From Zygnema circumcarinatum SAG 698-1b (Eukaryota; Plantae; Zygnematophyceae): a stretch of DNA of 64,000 nucleotides. Positions within the stretch are counted from its first letter, which is position 1. Each line of letters starts with the position of its first letter. Location of the stretch: contig CM074805.1 of assembly GCA_037447605.1 (NCBI GenBank), positions 4,497,361-4,561,360 on the forward strand. Direction: 5' to 3'. The notes beneath the pieces were generated by a model, which ran no database searches, was not told where the DNA came from, and saw only the letters and a program-made list of their open reading frames with translations. Positions 1 to 10,825 of the stretch are shown piece after piece. Both the position numbers and the translations under genes were made by a program.

Positions 1-102
1 CCAGGACGGAACAATTTTTTGGCATTTTCTTGCAAAACACATGGGATATATAGCTTTGCGGTGTAGAGGGCTTTTCTTAGCAATCATATCGGGAAAATGC
101 AG

Positions 103-1741
103 GTGGGGTTTATGCCCAAGGAGGATATGACGCTGGAAACGGAGTGAACTACTACAATCTGCCTGGATCAAGGACAGCGAACTTAGCGAACCTGCAATAC
201 ACATCGAATGTGAACATTCCCGGAAAGTGGTGCTTCAAACTTTCCACATCAGGTGACGAGAACAACCTGAATAGAACAACCTGAATATGAGTCGCCTTTG
301 CAGGTTAAATATTTATCCTTAAGTCTGCTTTTTGGGAAGCAGTCACTATTTGAAGTCTGTCCGAATCAATCAAACGTTGGTTTGTGATCTTATCCTTTTG
401 CAGTTGTTTCCCCGTCTCCTTCACCACCACCATCATCACCACCACGATCGCCACCATCACCACCACCATCATCACCACCACCATCGCCACCATCACCACC
501 ACCATCATCCACCATCACCACCACCCACCACCACCATCACCACCACCACCACCACCATCACCACCACCACCATCACCACCACCATCACCACCATCACCAC
601 CACCACCATCACCACCACCATCACCACCATCACCACCACCACCACCACCCACCATCACCACCACCATCACCACCACCACCATCACCACCACCATTGCCAC
701 CATCACCACCACCACCATCACCACCACCATTGCCACCATCACCACCACCATCACCACCACCACCACCACCACCACCATCATCACCACCACCACCATCGCC
801 ACCACCACCATCACCACCACCACCATCACCACCACCACCACCATCACCACCACCATTTTCACCACCACCATTATCACCATCACCACCACCATCATCACCT
901 CCACCATCGCCACCAGCACCAACTCCTCCTCGTCTTCCTCCGCCTCCTCGTTCTCCTCATCCTCCTCGATCTCCACCTCCTCCTCCTCGATCTCCACCTC
1001 CGCCTCCTCGATCTCCACCTCCTCCTCGTCCTCTCCCTCCTCCTCCTCGATCTCCACCTCCTCCTCGTCCTCTCCCTCCTCCTCCTCGATCTCCACCTCC
1101 TCCTCGTCCTCTCCCTCCTCCTCCTCTGTCTCCACCTCCTCCTCGTCCTCTCCCTCCTCCTCCTCGATCTCCACCTCCTCCTCGTCCTCTCCCTCCTCCT
1201 CCTCGGTCTCCACCTCCTCCTCGTCCACTCCCACCTCCTCCTCGGTCTCCACCTCCTCCTCGTCCTGTCCCTCCCCCTCCTCGGTCCCCACCTCCTCCTC
1301 GTCCTCTCCCTCCTCCTCCTCGATCTCCACCTCCACTTCCTCCTCCTCGAAGTCCGCCTCGAAGCCCCCCCCCTCCAAGGTCACCTCCATTCCGACCTCC
1401 ACCTCCATCTCCGCCTCCATCTCCACCTCCACCTCCATCTCCATCTCCTCCTCCATCTCCACCTCCACCTTCACCTCCATCTCCATCTCCGCCTCCATCT
1501 CCACCTCCACCTTCACCTCCATCGCCATCTCCTCAAGCTCAACCAGGTTAGTTCATGCCTCAGCTCCATCACACCACATGCTATCTTCTAGACAAGGCCA
1601 AACCTACTCAAACTAGTGATGGTGAGCATGTAAGTTTCTACATGTACGGTGGAAATCGTCTTCGTGGCTTTGCCTGCTTTGAAGAACATACTTGTCATTG
1701 GATGTGCAGAGTGATGCGCAACAGCCGGAAACTTCAAACTA
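103..1741 (+). CDS. 5'-truncated multi-exon gene: C-terminal half of a NIDO (nidogen/tectorin-like) domain followed by a ~380-aa extensin-like Ser-Pro(n) region; likely secreted cell-wall glycoprotein
   Basis: Exon 103-252 (ag|...|gt, phase 1 both sides) reads GGVYAQGGYDAGNGVNYYNLPGSRTANLANLQYTSNVNIPGKWCFKLSTS, matching the NIDO C-terminal pattern AQxGxxxG..N...LPGSRT...N...T.NVN.PG.W.F. Exon 404-1546 in the matching phase encodes SPPPP and RSPPPPRPLPPPP repeats (includes ORF 694-1551). A short exon near 1591-1621 and a terminal exon near 1711-1741 are tentative, so the end is approximate. Confidence 0.8.
420..1530. repeat. (CCA/CAC)n then (CCT/CTC)n low-complexity coding repeat underlying the Pro-rich exon
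   Basis: Directly visible trinucleotide-like repeats; they generate the His-, Thr/Ser- and Glu/Val-rich ORFs in the other frames. Confidence 0.95.
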
Positions 1742-1749
1742 GCTTCCAT

Positions 1750-2480
1750 GGATGATGATATGGAAGTTGGGCCTTGAGGAGGAATGTGTGGATGGGCGTG
1801 TGGACAAGCAGCGACTCCCTCCCGAATGGTACTCAATGGATTCACTGGTTATTGAGGAAGTGGGAGGACAAGGGTTGAGAAGGCTCTCACGGGAGGGAGT
1901 TGAAAGATGGGAGATGTAGGCTGTAGGTAGAGGGAAGGAGTTGGCCTTCGGGCAGAACATTTTGGGAATGATGTGGAATTGAAGGAAAGGGTTTTCAATT
2001 GTTTACGAGAGAAGAAACACTTAACTTGAAGCTTTCAACATTTCGGATACAGATGTCAAGGCTGCCCTTTGGGGTTGAACCCAGGAACTCTGGAAACAAC
2101 ACATGCAATCTGTTTGGAAATTGGTGGAGTTGATCTTGGATATTCTGATGGGTGTGGTGGAAGAGCATATGCTTGCTGCTTGCACGCCTAAGGTGAACCC
2201 ATCTCTGTGCGTTACTTTCTTTTGAAACCATGATGCAGCATTTTTGTTGAAAGGAGTTTAATGTACATGTTCTTCGTGCGATATGGATGAGTTTTCTGTT
2301 TCAAGCTTTCCTCCTGTTGTTTATGGTCCTTGGAAGGTGATGGAATATACAGGTCGGTTTGGAAGCTGGGGATGTTAACATTGCAATGAACTTCATGGAA
2401 GGTAGATAATCGTGAGAAGATAATTGAGTCAAACAAGCTCATAAGCATTACATTGAGCACTTCTCTGTAAAGGCACTACG
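1750..2480 (+). pseudogene. Possible highly degenerate L1-like LINE ORF2 3' fragment
   Basis: Stop-interrupted translation such as ERWEM*AVGRGKELAFGQNILG and ELKER..LFTREET loosely resembles the plant LINE post-RT motif (W.VG.G....FW.D.W). No RT catalytic motif is visible. Confidence 0.25.
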
Positions 2481-3073
2481 CTGAGAAGGATAACGAGAAT
2501 GAAAATATTGAATGGATTAAGAAGTTTCAATGTTAAATTTCAGGGTAAAGAAAGCGCTGTGTTTCCATGGACAAATCCTTATCGTTTTCAGGACATCCTT
2601 CTGATGTCTTCACTCTATGCCCTAACCACAGTGATAGTGGCGATACTCGGATGGGAAGGGCGATTTTTGCACCATTTTTGCTCTGTTTCATTCTGTCTCA
2701 CGTGCTGCTTCACTTTCAATTTCCTTCATACCCTTTTTTTTTTTTTTTTTTTTTTTTGAGTTGAAGGAGAGCACCAAAGCTCGCACACTTCCCTCTTTGA
2801 ACCCGAGCAGAATGTGACGACGTGTCCTCGGCTGCCACGTGGCAGGTAAGCCGTTAAAGCGCCGGCCGAGAGACGTGGCGATCTATGTTTGGCTCAGTTT
2901 AATATGTAGTTGAACGGAGTTGGCGACGACGGGGAAAACTGGAACTGAACATGGAGGTAGTTCACGACGCGGGCCGAGGCAGAGGTTACAGTGAGGCAGG
3001 AGCGAGAGGAGAGGGAAAAGGAGAGCGAGGCAGAGCATTTGTAGCTCCGTACGAGTTAGACTGCTGGGCGGAC

Positions 3074-3682
3074 ATGGCGGGTTCCTCGCAGCAGCAGCGG
3101 GCAGCCATGGCGCATGGTGAGGGGGTCGTGACTTTCAGGCTTCCTAGTGCAGCTTCCGTCAGAGCTTCCATGGATCGGCTGAACGAGCTCCTGAACGAGG
3201 CCATCGCTCTGCAGCGGCCATGGCAGGAGCTCGCCGACTTCCATCGCTTTGCTCTGCCTCCATCTCTCCCAGACGCAGGCTCACGTGTGAAGTGTAACTT
3301 GATATACTTCAGAGGGAATTACACTTTGGCCCTGCTTGCAGTCATGTTCGCCAGCCTCCTCTTCCACCCCTTCCCTGTCTTCTTCCTTGGAGTTATCGCC
3401 GCCCTATGGCTGTACATATTCCGCACGGATCCTGTGGTGGCTCTCGGGCATTCCGTAACTGGGAACACGAGGGTGCTTGCGTTGGGAGGCGTCACTGTGC
3501 TGCTCGTATTCGGGCTTTCGCTGGTGGGATCCGTCATATTGGTAGGGTTTGTAACGGGCGCCATGGCGGTACTAGCACATTCTGCAATTAGGGTTTCTGA
3601 TGACCTCGTCCTGGACGACCAGGAAGCCGCTGGATTCCTCTCTTGGCTCTCTGCTGGCGGCGTTGCACCCTTTTCTCGGTAG
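3074..3682 (+). CDS. PRA1: PRA1 (prenylated Rab acceptor 1) family protein, intronless
   Basis: ORF 2951-3682 contains RPWQELAD...F.LP...RVKCNLIYFRGNY..LLFHP and two long hydrophobic hairpins typical of PRA1. The ATG at 3074 gives a length (202 aa) comparable to the paralogue; the ATG at 2951 is an alternative start. Confidence 0.9.
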   Translation: MAGSSQQQRAAMAHGEGVVTFRLPSAASVRASMDRLNELLNEAIALQRPWQELADFHRFALPPSLPDAGSRVKCNLIYFRGNYTLALLAVMFASLLFHPFPVFFLGVIAALWLYIFRTDPVVALGHSVTGNTRVLALGGVTVLLVFGLSLVGSVILVGFVTGAMAVLAHSAIRVSDDLVLDDQEAAGFLSWLSAGGVAPFSR

Positions 3683-4489
3683 CTGCCACCTTCGCGTGCT
3701 TGGAGAAACGTTCAAGACGCAGATTCAAAAGTATGCACGTGGGAGTTCTGATTATCTTTTTAATTAAGGTCTATTTGTCGCCTCTAGGGGCTAAGCTTTA
3801 TCTTATTATTCAAAGGTCCGCATAGGGTTGTACATTTGCGCCATCAATAAGGGACAGCTTTATCTCATCGGGGATAGTCAGTGGGGCATCGAAGCCCCTT
3901 TGGAATAAATGTAGCTTGTGGCTTATACTGGATTCAGCCTGCAGTGTGGTGAATGACCACAGAGAAAGAAAGCATTCAGCTCACATATCGGAGCTGGGCG
4001 GCCCATGGAGTTGGAGAAGCGTGAGAACCTGCTTTTGACCTTCCCTTCTGGCAGACAAAGCATGGATTGCTTCGTTGACCTCCATTTTGTGTGAGTTGTT
4101 GATTGTTCGTAGAAATTTCTGTGCGCTTTATAGACTGCATGCGATTTTGGTGCTGTTCTGCAGACAGTGGCATCGTGTTGTAGGCCAAAGTCTACTCCTT
4201 GATGTCGAGTTGTGTTCCCAATCAAATTCAATTGATCTTTTCTTTCTGCATTTGGTACTCAAATGAACTGCCCCACAGTTTTTAAACATCCCTGCCTCTC
4301 TCTCCTTGGAACGGGAGTCGGTAGGGAATCGTAAACTATCAAAGCACCTTCAGAGACTCATCTGCCACACTCTTCTAACTCATGAAGCTCGATAGAAGAT
4401 AGGCATCCATGCTCAAGTTGGGCACCAAAGCATACAGTATATGGTTTTCTCCTTACTGGTAACCAAACAATCGACATGAATAGGGATTG

Positions 4490-4600
4490 GCATTGATCTC
4501 ACGATGGCGATGCCATCAAATGTACATTGACAAAATCGTCATGGGGAACAACGAGGAACTGGTCGCGAAGGACCTAAGGACAAAAGAAAAAACCTTGGAG
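4490..4600 (+). repeat. Dispersed non-coding repeat, with a second copy at ~62300-62385
   Basis: cacgatggcgatgccatcaaatgtacattgacaaaatcgtcatgggg...ctaaggacaaaag is similar to cacgatggcgatgatgcatgccatcaaatggacatggacaacatc...ctaaggacaaaag at ~62.3 kb. Confidence 0.6.
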
Positions 4601-4872
4601 AGGAAAGCTACGCTTAGGCTCAACGACGCAGCCCTAAAGGAGAAACAGAGACATACACACGGATGTACAATCCAATTCCTGTACCTGAAGACATAAAAGA
4701 GTGACCGACGAGTACTCGCTAAATAAAAATCAAAGAATTAGCATGCAGCGATCCCAGGAAGCAAACTCCTTACAGCCTCACACAGGCGAACCCCCTCCCC
4801 TTAGAGCCCATCCAAACTGCGTACATAAAATATGAACAAAAGCGACAAAATGGGTAACGAATTTTCCAGCTC

Positions 4873-5505
4873 TCATACGCGCCCCAGGCCCAATGCAGGC
4901 TGTGGACTAGAACTGAGCCACGAGAGGAACCCTGAAGCATCTCCATCGTCCAGAACGGAGTCGTCAGGAACCTTAACTGCGGCATGTGCCGCCACCACTG
5001 CAGATCCTATTACGAGGGCCTCCAATAGGACGGATCCCACAAGAGTGAGCCCAAATGTGAACAATAAAGTGACGCCTCCGAGGGCAAACACCTTCTCCTG
5101 CTCGGTTAGGGTCCGGTTCATGATGATCACCGGCTCTGCGCGGACCATGAAGACATAGATCCACATCATGGCTATCATGGCGACGAAGAGGATGGAGAGA
5201 GGATGCAAGATGAGGCTGATCAACACCCCTGCAAGCAAGACCGCTGCGTAGTTTCCCCGAAAGTACACTACGTTTTTCTTCATACGTGCAAATGCTCCTT
5301 GAAGATTGCTCGGAAAGGCAAGCGACTGGCGATCTGCAAACTCGGGCCATGGTCGCTGGAGTGCCAGCGCCTCCTTCACGGAAACTGTTGCATTCCCTAA
5401 GAAAGCTCTTGCAGCAGCAGCAGATGGAGCACCTCCTGCTGGAACACCCTCCGTTTGTAAGGCCTCCATGGCTGTCTGCGTGGAACGACTACTGGCGACG
5501 GCCAT
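4873..5505 (-). CDS. PRA1: PRA1 family protein, intronless paralogue
   Basis: 210-aa ORF with QRPWPEFAD...LAFP...RMKKNVVYFRGNY...LILHP...AAHAAVK.PDD; aligns by eye along its length with the 3074-3682 protein. Confidence 0.92.
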   Translation of the reverse strand: MAVASSRSTQTAMEALQTEGVPAGGAPSAAAARAFLGNATVSVKEALALQRPWPEFADRQSLAFPSNLQGAFARMKKNVVYFRGNYAAVLLAGVLISLILHPLSILFVAMIAMMWIYVFMVRAEPVIIMNRTLTEQEKVFALGGVTLLFTFGLTLVGSVLLEALVIGSAVVAAHAAVKVPDDSVLDDGDASGFLSWLSSSPQPALGLGRV

Positions 5506-6962
5506 GGAAATTTACACAAAAAAAGTCTCTGCAAATACAACCCTAATTCCACTCCACTGCCTTCAAATACCTGCAAATGGAGGAGGCGGAACCTTCCTCC
5601 GGGGAGGGAGTGCAGAACTGCAGACGCTGGCGCTCCAGTCAATGCACTGAAGCTTCGAGGAAGTTTACCTCTTAATATCGAGGTGATCGTCAATATCGAT
5701 ACGTAAGACAATTATACCGATACATGGAGGTATTGTCGATACTGAGGTCCATGTAAACTGGTTTGTTGACAGAAACCGAGGTTCGTGGTTCGAACACGGA
5801 AAGGGCTTCGTCCGGAATTGGACCTAGGCGATTGGCTACGGTTCCATGTTGTCCGTACAGTTATCGTAACAGCCTACTGAACTGCTTTAAGCAGATGAAC
5901 AGGAGAACTTGCAACCATGTTTAGAGAAAAGGTCAGAAGTTCCATAAGAGCAAACTGCATGTGATGCATTGCAGAAGAAGCTTCGATTCGCCATCGTTCG
6001 GGACTCAGAGGTTCTTTTTCTCCCATTGTTCGCAGGATGGAAAGGCTGATTGGAAAGGCTTCGTGCTCGGAAGATGAAAACTTTCCCCCAGTTGACAGTA
6101 ACGAACTTCTTCATGGTTTTAACTTACATGACAAGGCTTTCTGTGACCAAGCATAGTCAACCATGACACGATGACCTGCCTCCATTGCTAAGACCCACAC
6201 AAAAAGAATTAAGCCTTGCAGTGACCGACCTGCAGCCAGCAGACACATAGGTAAGTAGAGCGGGACTTTTTTCGACCGGTCCAAAGGAATGGTCACATTC
6301 CCTTCGTCACAAGGACGGCGACTCTTACTTTGGCAGCCCCACACAGACGCCTAAAATTGTCTTCCTAGCCCTCTGGTTGACCGCAGTCAAATGCATTCCT
6401 CCCTAGCTACGCGTTTACGCCCTAAAATCCTTTCTATCTGTACTTCTAAAGCTCATTATGTCAACTTTTTTTTTTTCTTTTGGGCCTACACGACCCTTAG
6501 CACGCCCGCTTAGCCTTGAGAAGCTACCACCTTCGGAACCCACTCCTGTCCTAAGTTGTTGAAGTACACGCTAGTTGATGAAAATGCTGCCTATTGAAAT
6601 TGACCTTCATGATGGGGTCCCTCCTATTTATTACATCTTGAACACATCAGACTCACAGTCTCCCGCAACCCCCTCTGCCTCCCTACATACTCTCTCTGAC
6701 CATCTCTCCCCCCTCCCCTCCCTTTCTCGCAGGTCTGACATATAGCTAGCTACCTTTGACATCAGGCTTGCAGGAGTCCCAGCTGCTCAAGTTCCTTTTC
6801 AGCCGAACTGTCGTCAACTGACTCAACTTCAAATTGGACGGGTTCTGGAGGGCCATCGAACTGCAGATAAGCACAGATGGAATCGAAGTTAATAATACCC
6901 CTTCCGCTTTCAAAAGAGAGACTCGAGCACACTACGCAAGGTATAACCTGAGGCTCATCCTT

Positions 6963-9434
6963 TCAGGCTATGATAGGGGCAGAGGCTTGCACCTCGTCAT
7001 AGCTCGTGTAAGGCATTACTGAAGAATGCAGACGCCACCCAAAAACGCCCTGCCGATAGACAAAGCACCTGCAATGAAAATCACAATGAATCGATAGGAA
7101 ATTGAGACGATGAAGATGCTCGTACGAGTGTATGTCACCCAGAGTTTCGCAGAGCCTTCAGAAGTTAGAATGGTTAAATGGGGAACAGTTGATGCTTTCC
7201 CTTCGCTTTTTCTAGCCTTCGTAAAAGGACGGAAGATAATGTTTGAAGGTCGGGAGAGGGACAAAGGGAGGCACAAAGAACCTACGAGGAACAGAGGAGG
7301 TAGAGAGAAGAAGCAGAGGGAGAGGAAGCGAGGCAAAAGTCTTACTTTTCAAAGCCTGCATCATGGGCCAATTGAGCTGCCCATTGAGCTCGTCTGTTTG
7401 TGCGACCTGAGATAGAAAGGGTACAAATCCGTGTCAGAACTCAGCAGCCTTTGGTTTTGTTAATAACTTTGTTCATGGAACTTGGGATTAAGGAATGGGC
7501 TTACATTGCATTATAACCGTGGCCTCTTTGCTCACTTTAGCCTGCCGGAATTGTTTCTGCCACGTAGCTTCATCCGACTCCAATGCCAAAGGCAACAAGT
7601 CAACTGCATCACGCCAATGGTCGTTATATATCAGTGCTTTTTGATAAACCATTAACCAATACATTAGCCAACAGTTTTGACATCTATAAGAATGAAACCA
7701 TGAACTAAAGTGAAACTCCGGTCCAAGAAAAAACGAATGTGCTTAGTCTAGACATGAAAGGCTATCCACTCAGAGAAAAGTTCGGTAGATCTTGCATAAA
7801 TCAAGTGTACGTTCATCGATACCATGGTCTCAAACCTTTACTTGGTAATATTGGGGAAATGATTATGTCACTATTAAAACTACCAGGAGGACTTTCTTCG
7901 CCTCAAGAGGAGCTTCACACCGAGGTCCCTTATGACGGAATAGAGTCCGCTAACATGCATGATATAAATCATTTGAACCCCACTCTTGTTCCTGCTATTC
8001 TTGCTTCCTTCCAAGCTCAAGCAACGGTAAGCTTCAAAAATAACTAACCTGGAACGTGGCGAGATCCAGGAATTGATCCAAAAAATGTTCGTTCATCGTG
8101 TCTCCTCACATCAAGAAGGACAGGGGCAGCCGTTTGAATACCGGTGTTTTGATCTCCCGCAGCCAAGGTGAGGGAGTGGCGGGCTAACAGAATAGCTAGG
8201 GCATCCCTGCATAAGCCCAACCCTATAGCCCAATCGAACATTAATAAGTCTGCATAGGACTCAAAAAAACAGGAGTCCAATCCGGCTCTTCCTCCTCCAA
8301 AAAAAACATGAAAAAATAAGTGTTTAAATTCCAGGTAGCCTCCACTCTCACTTCATTCTGGAAGAGAACTCACGGGAAGTCTCAATACCCACCTATTTAT
8401 CCACTTCACCGAAGCTGGTAGGGCATCTTTCTCCAACGCCTTGAGACCCCCCCTTAGCACACAGCACCTGCCATACTCCATCGACGATTAAAAAATGTTC
8501 AGATTACAAAGCTTCATTCGTTGAATCATTTCCTATCTTTTTAACCAGTCAATTTGTATTAGTAGCGCTTAATTCTAGACGAACCAACCTGCTGTAGCCG
8601 AGGGCGGCTGCTGTAGCAGCAGCCTGTTCCTGCTTCAAGCAATCGGATGCCAGAATGACGAGAAGAAGCCGCCTATCAGGCTGCTTGGCAGTGCCAAATC
8701 TGTGTTCCCAAGCAGCAGGAGGCAGCTGAAGGGCTCCTCTCAGCTCACTTTCTGCAACCCTTGCGAGAGTTGTAAGCTCACTTTCTGAGAGTTTTGACAG
8801 GAATAAAAAACAGCTGCCAGCCAAAAGAGCAAGTCGGGGGTGGCCACGATTCCCATGTATGCAGAAAACTGCTTAAAAAAAATAAAAAATGGGGGGGGGC
8901 AGTTTAACTGCTCTAGCTCCAGCATAGTTACTTGTAAGTGGAGTCAAAGCAACTCTATGTGGTAAAAGGGTGAGTGACAGCTAGACAAAGCAACAGAGAC
9001 TCAGCGCGCAGATTACAGCAGCGAGTGAGAAGGAAATAAGCCGGGATCTAGAAAGCGATGGCTCTCCGTAACATGCCTGGAATGTTCACTACGTCTTCAA
9101 AAGGAAGCGGTGCAGCCTTTGCTTCATCTCTTGAACGCACATCCAGCAGCTGATAAGGTGCAGCATCCAGATTGATGAGGAGCTTCAGCGCCACTGAAGA
9201 GATCGTTGCATATCCAGGCGAGCTCTCTGAGCCCCCTTTCTTCCTGTTCTGGCTCCTCTTTGCCAGAATGTTCCGCAAATGCCTCACACCGAACGCGAGG
9301 ATGGCGAGCTGCAGGAGTACGGTAAGAGAGCCTCCCACTCCCTGAATCCGCACCTTCCCCCTCTTCTCGTTCCCGTCCTCCTCCGCCATGGCGTCCTCCC
9401 GGGTGACCACGCCGCCATTCTCCGGCGCCTCCAT
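6963..9434 (-). CDS. Protein with an N-terminal hydrophobic segment and two tandem rhodanese (sulfurtransferase-like) domains
   Basis: Exons ~9434-9077, 8753-8589, 8467-8393, 8207-8049, ~7594-7505, ~7388-7325 and ~7069-6963 join in frame. Domain 1 has LLDVRS..E...VNIP...VLRGGL; domain 2 has LLDVRRHDE...GSIPGSRHVP...MQCRTNRRA...VYRQGVFGW. Confidence 0.8.
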
Positions 9435-10825
9435 GGCTCCTTGCTCCCTTCACTCTCAAGCAGGCCGGAGCCTCCTTCCCTTGGAGGGGTGGCTTCAATC
9501 TCTCAAATTTGGAAGGGTACCTTCTTCTTTCAACGACAAGCCAATCACAGATTGTCACGTGGACAAAATCTGAGATTTAGCGCAACGCGATTGGTCAACT
9601 TTATAAAGTCAATAAATAGATCGTACGGTACGGAATTCGACTTGGCCTTTCTGTAAAGTCACAAGACATGCAGAGGTCACGTACGGTTACGATACCGTAC
9701 TGTACGAAATACGGTGACTCTATGGTACGGATGTAGGCCGACTGTTACCGTTGCGGTTACCGTGCTACTGGCTGTAGAAGGCTACAAGTCTTGGTGCCTA
9801 GGAGCCTAGGAGAGGGGCTACAGTACTAGTATGGCATATACCGTAGCCTAGGCCAGAGGGGATGGATGGGAGGGGGAGTGAAGGAAGTGATGAGTGTGTG
9901 CTATCCACTACGCCATCTCTCCCTCCCTCTCTCTCAGGCCCTCTGTAGGGGCGCCTCCTCTTGTGGAGGGAGAGGGGTATGGCCGTGCCGGGGGCGAGGA
10001 ACGTGGAGTAAAGTTCATTCTGTGCATTCTGGTAATGAGGGAGGTGGTAAGGAGAGGGGGAGGAAGGAGCAAACAGCATATGGAACAGGTGGTGGGGGAG
10101 GGGGGGGGGAGGCGGTTTTGGAGTGTTGTGAAGGGGAAAGAAGTGAATGTAGGGGTGGAGCAAGGACGAAATGGAGTGTGGGAAACAGTCTTTGCGGGAC
10201 TAATCGCTCAGTGGCAATCAGAATTAAGGGAAAGTGTCTGAAGACAAGCTACTGTTGTCCTTTGGTTGGATTACTTAAGCAAGGGCTTGTCACAATCATG
10301 TCCTTGATTCTGCTGATTTTAAAAAATCAGCAGGGAACCTAATGCAGTATTCAATTCTCATTTCTTGACAATATGTGCAATATGTAGTAGCTAAGCTAAA
10401 TAAACTGTAGGCGTTTTGGCTTTTTAAATCTTCAATTCAAGTGTATCTACGGTGTGCAAAACGGTCTATTTTCTTTTCATCATAACCAGCAAGGAATCTT
10501 CAACATGTTTTTTTTTACTGATAACAAATTAACAGCTCCTTGAAATGTATTTTCGACAACTTCATTACAGTAGTTTATGATGTGACTACTCATAGGCATC
10601 CTCTCATGCAATGCTATCAGTATCCCAACACTTTGAACCAAATTATTTTTCTTTTCCCCTAACTGGATGGAGAATGGAAGATTACAGCATGCATGCTTCA
10701 AGGATACGGTTCGGCTTCCGAATTTTTGGCTCCCATAATGTTTTGATTGACTTCCCATACTGTTCTCTGAGTCGAACCATTCACTCGATCAATGTCCTGC
10801 AGGCTTCAGTGTAAATATCACAAGC

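Noticed and set aside
505-652. Three single-C insertions that shift the Pro-rich frame and then restore it
   Set aside because: The net +3 shift inside a homopolymer-prone repeat most likely reflects consensus error, so it was not treated as programmed frameshifting.
305-1616. His-rich (332-1591), Thr/Ser-rich (384-1616) and Glu/Val-rich (515-1528) long ORFs
   Set aside because: They are alternative frames of the CCA/CCT repeat. Only the Pro-rich frame is in phase with the flanking splice sites.
5755-5800. GGTTCGAA B-box-like motif suggesting a tRNA or SINE
   Set aside because: No cloverleaf, convincing A-box, tail or TSD could be found.
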